In this document: piece after piece, positions 37,585 through 47,095 of the stretch
How positions within the stretch are numbered: position 1 is the stretch's first letter
How the letters are laid out: each line of letters begins with the position of its first letter
Assembly (NCBI GenBank): GCA_965197495.1
Contig: OZ240210.1
Span: 2,876,671 to 2,940,670, forward strand
Direction of reading: 5' to 3'
Length of the DNA stretch: 64,000 nucleotides
From: Candidatus Marinacidobacterales bacterium
GTDB taxonomy: Bacteria > Acidobacteriota > Vicinamibacteria > Marinacidobacterales > SMYC01
Program-made: the position numbers and the translations under genes
Notes under the pieces: model-generated
Told to the model about the DNA's origin: nothing
Databases searched by the model: none
The model's input: the letters and a program-made list of their open reading frames with translations, nothing else

Positions 37585-37730
37585 ATCGAGACACGCTCCA
37601 CGATGTTGCGAGTGACGTGCTGTCTACGCCGATCATAGAACTGTGTGGCCCGAGGGGTTGGAGTGTCCGGCTAGATACTGCACGTCCTCCAGGGGCACGT
37701 TCTGGCTGAGTATATCCGTGATCTCCATCA

Positions 37731-37880
37731 CGCGGATGAATAAATAGAAGGCACAGGTCATCTGCATGGTGACGACCCGCCCGCCCAAGACGATTGTAAA
37801 GCCCACAGCCCTTGGCCCGGTCGCAAACACAGACACGAAGTTGCTGATTTATGGCCTATTTCAAAAAAGGCCGAGTTTTG
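37731..37880 (+). repeat. MITE right-end motif (gcggatgaataaatagaaggcacagg) fused to an IS481-like right IR whose last about 7 bp are replaced by the IS5 insertion
   Basis: The sequence tcatctgcatggtgacgacccgcccgcccaagacgattgtaaagcccac...ggccgagttttggc stops 7 bp short of the IR end, exactly where the IS5 IR begins. Confidence 0.6.
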
Positions 37881-38969
37881 GCGGCGTTGTTGCACCGCTC
37901 TGGCTGAGAGCGAAATCCGCCTATGGTGGTGGCCGAGGTATGTTCGAGCATGAAGTATCCCAAGCGCTGCCAGTACAAGCACGCGAAGCAGAAGAAGTAC
38001 CACGTTCGCAACTGGGCGGAATACAACGAAGGGCTGCGCCGCCGGGGCGATTTGACAGTCTGGTTTGACGAGGAGGCAATCGCGAACTGGAAGGCCGACA
38101 AGACCGGTGAGCCTGGCGGTCAACGGGTCTATTCAGACATGGCGATTGAAACGGGCCTGGTTGTCCGGATGGTGTACAAGCTCGCCTACCGACAAACCGA
38201 AGGCTTCTTGCACTCGATCGCCTCGCTTCTCGGGCTCGGTATCGAGATCCCGGACTACTCGACGTTGTGTCGGCGCTCGAGGTTGCTCCGCAAGAAGCTG
38301 CGGATTCTGAAAGCCGCGAGCACTCAACCCATCCACCTGATGATCGATAGCACGGGCTTGAGGATTCATGTTGGAAACGCTCGCAAACCGCCAAAGCAGC
38401 GCGCATGGCGCAAGTTGCACATCGCCGTTGATCGCGAGACCGGCAACATTGTTGCGTCCGAACTGACGGCGTCACGAGCTCGCGACGCAACCCGAGTCCC
38501 CGCTTTGCTAACACAGATTCAAGCACCTCTAGTGTCGGTGGCGGCGGACAGTGCATACGACAAGGAAGCGGTCTACGAAGCCATCGAAGCGCACAGTCCT
38601 GGACGAAAGACGCGCGTGGTGATTCCGCCGCAACGAAACGCGACGCTCAGTCAGAATTCGAACACCGCCATGCAGGAGCGCGATCGCCATATTCGCGCAA
38701 TCGAAAGACACGGCCGACGTGAATGGTACAAGCTCTCAGGCTACACCAAGCGAAGCATGGTGGAGAACGCGGTCTATCGTTACAAGGCGATCATCGGGCC
38801 GGAGATGCGGGCTCGAACGTTGGCGAGGCAACGAGTTGAACACCGAATTGGGTGCGAGATACTCAACAAGATGGCTGCGCTCGGGATGCCCGATACGTAC
38901 TGCGCCGGGTGACTCTGCAACCGGCACAGGGAGGTCAGCGATTTGCTCCGGGCCGTGCAACAACGCCGC
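37881..38969 (+). mobile_element. IS5-family insertion sequence (about 1.09 kb) with 15-bp IRs GCGGCGTTGTTGCAC, inserted into the IS481-like IR relic
   Basis: The left IR at 37881-37895 matches the right IR at 38955-38969 (gtgcaacaacgccgc), and the element contains a single 329-aa transposase ORF. Confidence 0.7.
37923..38912 (+). CDS. IS5-family (IS903-group-like) DDE transposase
   Basis: It has KKYHVRNWAEYNEGLRRRGDLTVWF, LMIDSTGLRIH and VAADSAYDKEAVYEAI ... RSMVENAVYRYKAIIG. Confidence 0.8.
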   Translation: MVVAEVCSSMKYPKRCQYKHAKQKKYHVRNWAEYNEGLRRRGDLTVWFDEEAIANWKADKTGEPGGQRVYSDMAIETGLVVRMVYKLAYRQTEGFLHSIASLLGLGIEIPDYSTLCRRSRLLRKKLRILKAASTQPIHLMIDSTGLRIHVGNARKPPKQRAWRKLHIAVDRETGNIVASELTASRARDATRVPALLTQIQAPLVSVAADSAYDKEAVYEAIEAHSPGRKTRVVIPPQRNATLSQNSNTAMQERDRHIRAIERHGRREWYKLSGYTKRSMVENAVYRYKAIIGPEMRARTLARQRVEHRIGCEILNKMAALGMPDTYCAG

Positions 38970-39040
38970 AAAAAATCGCGAAGGGATGACGTTTCATGTC
39001 CTATTGGACGGGTAAGAGCGGGAAAACGTTTCCTGTTTTT

Positions 39041-40315
39041 CTAGCGCTTGCGGCGAAAGATCGTTTTCGCGATGAAACCTCCCCAGAGAAGTCCCGGCAC
39101 CAAGATCAATAGGCTCATCAGGCGCAAGAGGCCGGGGATGGCAGTCGTCGCTTGATCGAGCGCCCACCCGGAGAGCCCAGCGCTCGTCGCCATCGCGAGG
39201 GTCAGAAAGGCATATTCCGTGGAGAACACCCGTCCGCGGATCTGTTCGGGCAGCTTTTGGAGTAAGAGCTGAGTCGAGAAGACCCAGAGGGTGCCGCCAC
39301 CCGTCGCCCGGATGAGCGTGCCGATGAGCACCGCGCCGAAGCTCGCGAGCGTCGAGATGATGACGAGGCCTACGCCTATCGCGACGTACGAGATGAAAAT
39401 CGCGATTTGGAGTGGTCTCTCGCGATCGCCCGTGAAATAGCGCGCGGCGATCGGGCCGACGCCGGAGCCCACCCCGATCACGGCGTAGAGGATACCGAGG
39501 CTCATGCCGCCGCCTTCGCCAATGACGAAGAAATCCCGCGCGAGTGTCACCTGAATGACCTCGCAAGCGCCCACAACGAAGAGCGTGAGGCTCGCTTTGT
39601 GAAGCGCCACCGCGAGCGTTTCGAGGTTCCGCACCAAATAGCGCAGCCCCTCGACAAAGTCGCGGAGAGCGGCGCGCAGGCTCTTGTCGTGAGTGTCTCG
39701 GCGCTCCGGCTCGTAGCGGATACGCGTGATGAAATAGGCGGAGAGAAGAAACGTGGCTGAGTCGATGATGAAAGCCGGATAGACGCCCCATCCGCCGGCC
39801 ACGAGGCCGCCCGCGGCCGCGCCCATTGCGAGCATGACCGACCACGTCGTCCCGGTGATGGCATTCGCGGTGCCGAGCTCTCGAGAGGACACTAGATCCG
39901 GCAAGATGGCGTTGCGTGTCGGGAAGAAGACACCATGCATGGCGAGCTGGATGGCGGTAAGCGAGTACAAAAACCACAGAAGCTCCGAAGAGCGTACGAG
40001 GAGAAAGCCGAGAACGACGACGGCCCGCACGACGTCCGTGAGAATGAGCAGCTTCTTGCGGTTGTAGCGGTCGGCCGCGACGCCGGCGAGCGGGCTAATG
40101 AGAAACGGCGCCAGCATACGTACGACGAAGAGGCCGCCGACGGCCAAGCCCGAGCCGGTGAGCGAAGCGACGAGTGAAGCGGAGGCGATCAGGTTGAACC
40201 AGTCGCCGAAAAGGCTGACGATCTGGCCATACCAGAGGTACTTGAAGTTGCGGTTTCCGCGGACGAGCGCGAAATAGCCGCTGCTATCTTGGCGCTCGGG
40301 TCTTCTCGGGTCCAA
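39041..40315 (-). CDS. MFS transporter
   Basis: It has 12 TM segments and the MFS loop motif GVAADRYNRKKLLIL; the family assignment is generic. Confidence 0.7.
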   Translation of the reverse strand: MDPRRPERQDSSGYFALVRGNRNFKYLWYGQIVSLFGDWFNLIASASLVASLTGSGLAVGGLFVVRMLAPFLISPLAGVAADRYNRKKLLILTDVVRAVVVLGFLLVRSSELLWFLYSLTAIQLAMHGVFFPTRNAILPDLVSSRELGTANAITGTTWSVMLAMGAAAGGLVAGGWGVYPAFIIDSATFLLSAYFITRIRYEPERRDTHDKSLRAALRDFVEGLRYLVRNLETLAVALHKASLTLFVVGACEVIQVTLARDFFVIGEGGGMSLGILYAVIGVGSGVGPIAARYFTGDRERPLQIAIFISYVAIGVGLVIISTLASFGAVLIGTLIRATGGGTLWVFSTQLLLQKLPEQIRGRVFSTEYAFLTLAMATSAGLSGWALDQATTAIPGLLRLMSLLILVPGLLWGGFIAKTIFRRKR

Positions 40316-40445
40316 GCGCGCAATCTTAGCAGCTATTGGCCACTAGTCCGCGCGGCCATATCGGCGACCAAGACCATGCGGCCTCCGGATAAGCTATCGG
40401 TTGTCCCCAAAACGTCAGGATAGCCGGTAGAAGCCTACACCGAAT

Positions 40446-41945
40446 TCATCGCTCCTGCGGTTCGAGCTTCTCGCGGGCGATACGGTTCTGTGGGTCGAGC
40501 TCGATGACTCTCTGGTAGACGCTCACCGCATTGTCGGAGCGGCTCGCTTCCTCGTGAAGCGCGGCCAGGCCGAGATGGGCTTCCAAGTCCTTGTCGTCGA
40601 TCGCGATAGCGTGCTCGAAATGCGCTTGGGCGGATTCCCAACAGCCAGGATTCTGCGCGAGCCACTGAGCCAGAAGCCGGTGATAGCTGCCGTTTGTAGC
40701 CTCTAGCTGCACCGCTAGGGTTAATGCCGCGATGGCGTCGAAGTAGTCTCCGCCGTTGCGGAGCCGTTTGGCTTCAAGGAACACGAGCTCCGCTTCCTCG
40801 GCATCGGTGCAAGATAGGATGGCGACCGGTTGGGCGCGGGGATCCAACGTGAGAGCTTCGATCGTCTCGCTGCCCGTGAACCCGGCAGCCTGACCCTCGA
40901 GCCGACTATCGTAGACTCGGCGCGATTCGGGCACGCTGAGCGCTTCATAGGCCTCGCGCACCTTCAGCCGCACCTTCGAAAGGCGCTCTTCCACGTTGCC
41001 CAGATTAGCGCTGAAATGTGCTTTGGGCTCGAGCGATGCCATGACTTCATCATAGGCCTCTCGCACTCTCTTGCCCGACGCACCGAAATCGATGCCGAGA
41101 CGATCGTAGAAATCACCGAGCTCGAGCGCGGAGTGGCGCGCTGCGAGCGAATCGCGGAAGCGGCGCTCTTCTTCGGTCATGTCACGCGTTTCGTCGGCGT
41201 CGCTCGACGGGCGGGTTTTCCGTTTCTCTCCTGGCTCTTCGATATCCAAAACGCCAGCGAGCACGAGCGCGTAGATCCGCCGAAGCGACTCTTCTTCGCC
41301 GAGCGGTGATGTGGACACGACATCGCCAATCGAAGCGCACTCTTTCACACGCGACAAGATGAAGCCATCCTCTTGAGTAACGGGTATGCTCAACCGTTCT
41401 CCCTCGGCGAGCTTCAAGCCGTTGTTCCAGGACCCGACGCCGGCACGAATCGCCACCATGTTGGTGACGCGGCATGCACCTTCATAGATCACTTCCGCCG
41501 TGTGAAGCTCGAGCATGAGCTCCTCCGGTACGGGGTCGTCTACGGCTTCGAATCGGTAGTCGCCTTCGTCCCAAGTGAATACCGAATAAATAATGTCCTT
41601 GATTTGGATGGCGACGTAGCGCTGCATCTCCATAGGACTCACCCAGCCCATTTCGACGATCGTCTTGCCGAAGCGTTCGTCCGAGCGCTGCATGACACGA
41701 AACGACAGGTCGAGGACGGAGCGGTCGATCTTGCCGGCCTGAACGAGGCGCTCGCCGAGCTTTTCCTTTTCCACGTTGGTGCCGGCGAAGACGATGTGGC
41801 CGTCTTTGAAAACGAGATGTTTCGTGGCGTCGCGGTTCCACAAATGAAGGTTGCCTGTCGCTTTCGCGCGCCAAAGATCGCGCACGATGCGGGGAAGTGA
41901 TGCGGTCTCTAGACGTCCTTGATTCGAGAGGTGCCCGGTTTCCAT
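40446..41945 (-). CDS. DUF4388 (PATAN-like) domain plus a DnaJ J-domain plus a TPR-repeat protein
   Basis: It has the N-terminus LPRIVRDLWRAKATGNLHLWNRDATKHLVFKDGHIVFAGTN, a J-domain DFYDRLGIDFGASGKRVREAYDEVMASLEP and C-terminal TPR-like helices. This architecture is typical of Myxococcota. Confidence 0.65.
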   Translation of the reverse strand: METGHLSNQGRLETASLPRIVRDLWRAKATGNLHLWNRDATKHLVFKDGHIVFAGTNVEKEKLGERLVQAGKIDRSVLDLSFRVMQRSDERFGKTIVEMGWVSPMEMQRYVAIQIKDIIYSVFTWDEGDYRFEAVDDPVPEELMLELHTAEVIYEGACRVTNMVAIRAGVGSWNNGLKLAEGERLSIPVTQEDGFILSRVKECASIGDVVSTSPLGEEESLRRIYALVLAGVLDIEEPGEKRKTRPSSDADETRDMTEEERRFRDSLAARHSALELGDFYDRLGIDFGASGKRVREAYDEVMASLEPKAHFSANLGNVEERLSKVRLKVREAYEALSVPESRRVYDSRLEGQAAGFTGSETIEALTLDPRAQPVAILSCTDAEEAELVFLEAKRLRNGGDYFDAIAALTLAVQLEATNGSYHRLLAQWLAQNPGCWESAQAHFEHAIAIDDKDLEAHLGLAALHEEASRSDNAVSVYQRVIELDPQNRIAREKLEPQER

Positions 41946-41980
41946 AGCAGGGCAGTTCCTTGCAAGGAGAGCGCCAAACT

Positions 41981-43516
41981 CTAACTATCCGTAAATGAGT
42001 CAGTTGTGCTTCCAGGGGGTCGCGCGATCGTAGGGGAAACCCTACGCGCGTCACCTCGTTCAGCGTCGACCACGCGGCCGTCCGGCTCGAGTCGGCCGGG
42101 GAGATCGAGCCCTTTGGAGAGCTTCGCAAACCCGTCATAGAGCTCGGCACGTTCGTGTCGCAATTGCTCGAGTGCCGCTTTGCGGCGATACCGCGTGAGA
42201 CGCACGCGAATCGAGCGCACCGTGTGCTTTGCGAGGCGCTGATAGTTGAGCACGACATAGGCGCCCGCCGCGCTCAAGAAAAAAGCAGTGACTCCTGTCC
42301 AAAGTGGTGAGCCCGGTATCGCCGGATAGATGGGCTCGAGGAGTCGATTGCCGAGGGCCACGAGCAAGGCGACCACGAGCCATGTGACGGGAAAAGCAAT
42401 GGCTCCGGCGACGAGCTTGAGCGACGCTTCGTCCTTTTGTTTGCGCGCGGCCGTTTTCGACACGATCCACACTGCGAGCGCGGCGGGCACGTTCACGATA
42501 TAGCCGAGGATCAGGATTGGGGGGAGCAGCAGATAGACGAGCATGACTTGCAGCACGAGGATGGCGCCGAGCCAGGGCGAAGCGAGTCGCGGTGAGCTGT
42601 CGAGTTCGTGATCGTGGAGCCCGAGCTCCCGCATGTCCTCGTCATATTCTCGAACGCGGGCAAAGAGGTGCTCGACTTCCTCGGGGTGTGTGCCTATGCG
42701 CGTGTTGTAGCCCGTCCACATTCGTGAGAACGCGAGGACGCGCTCCTTCATGTCGGGACGCGGGGGCGAAGCGCTGGCGCGATGGGCTCGCTCAGCGCGT
42801 AGCAGCTTCCGCCCTCGGTGCATTGCGTGGTGATGCTGCCAACTCTCGGTGGCGTGGACGACCTGATGGAGCACCCGTTCGAGCTCTCTGGTCAGCTTTC
42901 GATACAGCTCGCGTTTTGCTTCGCTCGACGCTTCTGGGGAGAGGGTCTTGTCGAGCTCGAGCGGCGGGTGGATGGCGACGAGCACGCTCGAGCCCAGAAG
43001 ACGTTTCTGGTCGTAGTGCAGACCGATAGGGATGATGACGGGAGGCGGGGCATTCTCGGGCGTGAGCTCGCGAGCACGGTAATAGAGCCTCGCGGCGCCC
43101 GTTTTGAGCTCCTTCGGGAAAGGCTCGTCATGGCTGTCTCCTTCCGGGAAGAGAGCGGAGAACTTACCCTCCGCGATCGCCCCGGCGAGCGCGTCGAGAC
43201 TCTTCCGGTTGGCCGCGCGCCGCGTCTCTTCGTCTCCACCGATAAAATCCCGACGCCGATAGACGGGCACCATCCTGAGTGCCCGCATGAGCTGGCCGAG
43301 GACCGGCCACGCGAAAAGCCCGTGACGGGCGCCGAGAACGATCGGCCGCGGAAAATGAACAAGGACGAGCCCGCCATCGATGATCGCATTGGGATGCCAC
43401 GAGACGACGAGCCCGCCACCGTCTTCGGGAATGTTCTCGAGGCCGGTGACCTCGATGCGATGAAAGAAGATGCGGAGCAACCAACGCACGAAGGAGACCG
43501 CGACACGATAGAGCAT
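41981..43516 (-). CDS. 1-acyl-sn-glycerol-3-phosphate acyltransferase (PlsC-family) with a C-terminal membrane extension
   Basis: It has the acyltransferase HX4D-type block WHPNAIIDG and FPEGDSHD, followed by three to four TM helices. Confidence 0.6.
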   Translation of the reverse strand: MLYRVAVSFVRWLLRIFFHRIEVTGLENIPEDGGGLVVSWHPNAIIDGGLVLVHFPRPIVLGARHGLFAWPVLGQLMRALRMVPVYRRRDFIGGDEETRRAANRKSLDALAGAIAEGKFSALFPEGDSHDEPFPKELKTGAARLYYRARELTPENAPPPVIIPIGLHYDQKRLLGSSVLVAIHPPLELDKTLSPEASSEAKRELYRKLTRELERVLHQVVHATESWQHHHAMHRGRKLLRAERAHRASASPPRPDMKERVLAFSRMWTGYNTRIGTHPEEVEHLFARVREYDEDMRELGLHDHELDSSPRLASPWLGAILVLQVMLVYLLLPPILILGYIVNVPAALAVWIVSKTAARKQKDEASLKLVAGAIAFPVTWLVVALLVALGNRLLEPIYPAIPGSPLWTGVTAFFLSAAGAYVVLNYQRLAKHTVRSIRVRLTRYRRKAALEQLRHERAELYDGFAKLSKGLDLPGRLEPDGRVVDAERGDARRVSPTIARPPGSTTDSFTDS

Positions 43517-43618
43517 GGTGAAATCGTAATGAGAGATGGCACCGATGTCGACCAGCCCGGAGGGTGGAAACGACGCTCTCTTGGACTATGATGCTCCCTC
43601 ATCCGAAAGGAGACTACG

Positions 43619-45136
43619 ATGTCCGGTCCGAGCGAGCCCGATGACCCCGAGGAAAACGACGAGAACGCCCCGACGGAAGAAGAGGAAGAAGACTTTGCCG
43701 CCATGCTCGAGGCGTCTCTACAGCCGTCATCTTTGCAAGAAGGTGATGCGGTCGAAGGGACGATTGTTGCCCTCGGCTCCGACGTGGCTTTCGTGGACGT
43801 GGGCAGCAAAGGCGAGGCGACCATCGATCTCGTAGAGCTCACCGAGCCTGGTGAGCCCGGTGAGCCTGGACAACGAGACTCGGTGAAAGTTGGAGATATT
43901 GTCAAAGCTGTCGTTGTTTCCACTTCCGGCGGTATCAAGCTTTCGCACAAGCTCGCACGGCAAGCCGCGACGCGCGAAGCTCTACAAGACGCGTATCACT
44001 CGGGGCTCCCCGTCGAAGGGCGCGTCGAGAAGGCCATCAAAGGCGGTTTCGAAGTTCGTTTCTCCAGCCAGCGTGCGTTCTGCCCCATCTCTCAAATCGA
44101 TACGCGCTATACCGAAGATCCGTCGATTCACGAGGGCAAGGTCTACACTTTCCGTATCGTCGAGATAAAGAGTGACGGCAAAGACGTTGTCGTATCGCGG
44201 CGATCGCTCCTCGAAGAAGAGGAGCGGGAGCGCGCCGAGGAGGTCCGCAAGCTCATCGTTCCCGACGCCGTTCTTCCGGGCCAGGTCGTATCGGTGCGCG
44301 AATACGGCGCCTTCGTCGACCTCGGTGGAGGCGTCCAAGGATTGCTTCATGTCTCGGAGATGAGCTGGTCGCGTGTGACCGATCCCTCGACCGTCGTCCA
44401 ACCGGGCGACGAGATCACGGTGCAAGTCCTGCGCGTCGACGAGGAGCAAGGGAGGATTTCGCTCGGCTTGAAGCGGCTTCAAGCCGATCCGTGGCTGACG
44501 GTGTCGACGACCTATCGCGTCGGTCAAGTGATGAGCGGCCGCGTCGTGCGCCTCGCCGATTTCGGAGCGTTCATAGAGATAGCGACGGGTATCGAAGCTC
44601 TAGCACATGTCTCCACGTTCCCACCGACGGGCAAGGCCGATGGATGGAAAGCGAGTGTTTTGCCGGACACCGAGATCGCGGTCGAGATCCTGACGATCGA
44701 CTCGGAGCGCAAGCGCATGGGGGTGGCCGTCGTCGATGAAGGCTCTGCCCGTGCCGAGAGCGCGCACGCGCAAGCTTCGAAAAAGGTCGAGCTCGGCGCT
44801 CGGCTCGTCGGTAAGGTCGAGCGCCACGAAAATTACGGCGTCTTCGTTTTTCTCAAGCCGGGGACCACGGGTTTACTTCCGGTCGAAGAGACCGGCCTCG
44901 ACCATGGCGAGGATCTTCGAAAGGCTTTTCCCGTTGGAAGTGACGTGGAGGTGATCGTGCTCGATATCGATGCCGAGCGCGGACGGATCCGCTTGAGTGC
45001 GAAAGCCGTCACCGAAGGCCGAGAAAAGAGGGAAGCGCGTGACTATGCCGAGCGTCAGGACAGCGCGCAGAGCGAAAGCTTTGGCTCTCTCGCCCAGACG
45101 CTCCGCGACGCGATGAAAGGCGGCGGCAAGAAGTAG
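43619..45136 (+). CDS. S1 RNA-binding-domain protein with multiple S1 repeats (RpsA-like), an acidic N-terminus and a basic C-terminus
   Basis: It has four to five repeats of the S1 pattern (G..V.G.V..I..fGaFV.l..g..GLlHvSe). Confidence 0.65.
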   Translation: MSGPSEPDDPEENDENAPTEEEEEDFAAMLEASLQPSSLQEGDAVEGTIVALGSDVAFVDVGSKGEATIDLVELTEPGEPGEPGQRDSVKVGDIVKAVVVSTSGGIKLSHKLARQAATREALQDAYHSGLPVEGRVEKAIKGGFEVRFSSQRAFCPISQIDTRYTEDPSIHEGKVYTFRIVEIKSDGKDVVVSRRSLLEEEERERAEEVRKLIVPDAVLPGQVVSVREYGAFVDLGGGVQGLLHVSEMSWSRVTDPSTVVQPGDEITVQVLRVDEEQGRISLGLKRLQADPWLTVSTTYRVGQVMSGRVVRLADFGAFIEIATGIEALAHVSTFPPTGKADGWKASVLPDTEIAVEILTIDSERKRMGVAVVDEGSARAESAHAQASKKVELGARLVGKVERHENYGVFVFLKPGTTGLLPVEETGLDHGEDLRKAFPVGSDVEVIVLDIDAERGRIRLSAKAVTEGREKREARDYAERQDSAQSESFGSLAQTLRDAMKGGGKK

Positions 45137-45307
45137 AGCCAAGTAGAACCAAGGAGAACACGTCAAGCACTAGACGGAACTTCCGCCGGCTAGACGCATG
45201 TAAACCCGTACGTTTAAAGCAGATGCGGCGGTTCGAAATGTAATGTGTAAGCATGTAATAGTGACAGAACAGTTTATTTTACTGATTTAATCCTGTATAG
45301 TCGGCGC

Positions 45308-47038
45308 ATGTACATCGCCAAGGTGCCGAACCGCAACTCGCCCCCAGCGATTCTCATCCGCGAAAGCTACCGCGAAGGCGGTGCGCCCAAAACGAGGACC
45401 GTCGCCAACATCTCGAAGTGGAAGCCCGCTCGAATTGAAGCTCTTCGCCAGTTGCTGAAGGGCAACGTGGATTTGGGTGAGGCTCAGCAGTTCGAGATCA
45501 CCAGAAGCAAGCCTCACGGACATGTTGCGGCCGTGCTGGGAACGCTGCGCAAAGTTGGCCTCGAGCGAATCATCCATAGCCGCCAGCGCCGAGAGCGTGA
45601 CCTCGTCGTGGCGATGATTGTGGCGCGAATCGTAGAGCCGGGCTCCAAGTTGGCCACGGCCCGTGGTCTATCGAAACAGACCTTGACTTCGTCATTGGGT
45701 GAGTGTGTTGGAGTTGAAGATACCAACGAGGATGAGTTGTATGATTCCCTGGATTGGCTTTTGAGCCGCCAAGCAGCCATAGAGAAGAAACTGGCGAAAC
45801 GCCATCTGCAGCAGGGCAGCCTGGTTCTCTACGACTTGACGTCGACTTGGGTAGAAGGTCGGTCGTGCCCTCTGGCGAAGCTCGGTTACTCGAGAGACGG
45901 CAAGAAAAACAAGTTGCAGGTCGTGTTCGGCTTACTGTGTGAGCGTGATGGTCGGCCGGTCGGGGTAGAGGTGTTCGAAGGCAACACCGGAGATCCCGCA
46001 ACACTGGGGAGCCAAATTCGCAAAGTCCGAGAACGTTTTGAGCTTGACAGTATCGTCTTCGTAGGTGACCGAGGGATGATCACCGAAGCCCGGATTCGCG
46101 AGGAACTTCGACCGGAGGAAGGTCTCGAGTGGATCAGCTCACTTCGTGCCCCTCAGATTCAGCGACTTGCAAAAGACGGAATGCTGCAGCCTTCTCTGTT
46201 CGATGAACTCGACCTAGCGGAGATCCATCATCCTAGCTTCCCTGGTGAGCGACTCATCGCCTGCCGCAACCCTCTTCTTGCTACCGAGCGGGCGCGGAAG
46301 CGAGAAGAGATGCTTGTGTCGACGGAGTCAAAGCTAGAAGTGATTAGCAAAGCGACGAAGCGAGACCAACGTCCTTTGCGAGGCAAAGATACCATCGGCA
46401 TACGATTGGGTCGAGTGTTCGCTCGGAGCAAGATGGGCAAGCACTTTCGCTACACCATTACGGACGACGGCTTCGACTTCGAGCGCGACAACGAAAACAT
46501 CGAGCGTGAGGCGGCCCTCGACAGCATCTATATCATCCGAACAAGCCTCACCGAAGAGGCCATCTCCGCAGACGAAGCTGTCAGGACCTACAAAGGCTTG
46601 GCAGTCGTTGAACGCGCTTTTCGTTGCTGCAAAACCGTGGATTTGAAAGTACGGCCCATCTATCACTACAACGCTGAGCGAGTTCGAGCTCACATCTTTC
46701 TTTGCATGCTCGCCTACTACGTGGAATGGCACATGCGAAAAGCCCTCGTCCCGATCTTGTTTGACGACGACGACCCTGACGGTGCCCATGCCAAACGCTC
46801 ATCCATCGTCAGCCCAGCAACGCCTTCAGACTCCGCCCAGGCAAAGGCTTCTACCAAGAAGACTCCCGACGGGTTGCCCGTTCACAGTTTCAGAACGCTT
46901 CTTTCTGATCTTGCTACGGTCACGAAAAATCAGGTCGAAAACGAAGCCCGCGGCCTGTCCTTCGTCAGCATCACTCGCCCCACACCCTTGCAGCACAAAG
47001 CATTCAACCTGCTCGAAATCAACCCCCGCACGATGTAA
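45308..47038 (+). CDS. IS1634-family transposase, second lineage (576 aa)
   Basis: It reads MYIAKVPNRNSPPAILIRESYREGGAPKTRTVANI ... YDLTSTWVEG ... VGDRGM ... YKGLAVVERAFRCCKTVDLKVRPIYHYNAERVRAHIFLCMLAYYV. Confidence 0.8.
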   Translation: MYIAKVPNRNSPPAILIRESYREGGAPKTRTVANISKWKPARIEALRQLLKGNVDLGEAQQFEITRSKPHGHVAAVLGTLRKVGLERIIHSRQRRERDLVVAMIVARIVEPGSKLATARGLSKQTLTSSLGECVGVEDTNEDELYDSLDWLLSRQAAIEKKLAKRHLQQGSLVLYDLTSTWVEGRSCPLAKLGYSRDGKKNKLQVVFGLLCERDGRPVGVEVFEGNTGDPATLGSQIRKVRERFELDSIVFVGDRGMITEARIREELRPEEGLEWISSLRAPQIQRLAKDGMLQPSLFDELDLAEIHHPSFPGERLIACRNPLLATERARKREEMLVSTESKLEVISKATKRDQRPLRGKDTIGIRLGRVFARSKMGKHFRYTITDDGFDFERDNENIEREAALDSIYIIRTSLTEEAISADEAVRTYKGLAVVERAFRCCKTVDLKVRPIYHYNAERVRAHIFLCMLAYYVEWHMRKALVPILFDDDDPDGAHAKRSSIVSPATPSDSAQAKASTKKTPDGLPVHSFRTLLSDLATVTKNQVENEARGLSFVSITRPTPLQHKAFNLLEINPRTM

Positions 47039-47095
47039 GCAGTACACACACCTCTCTTCAAAAACAAAGCCAATGATGCCCACACTTACGCTTGT

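Noticed and set aside
38994-39977. 327-aa Arg/His-rich minus-strand ORF
   Set aside because: It is an alternative frame of the MFS transporter gene, which has clear 12-TM topology, and so is spurious.
42892-43950. 352-aa Ser/Arg-rich minus-strand ORF
   Set aside because: It is antisense to the PlsC-like and S1-domain genes, has a low-complexity composition and has no motifs.
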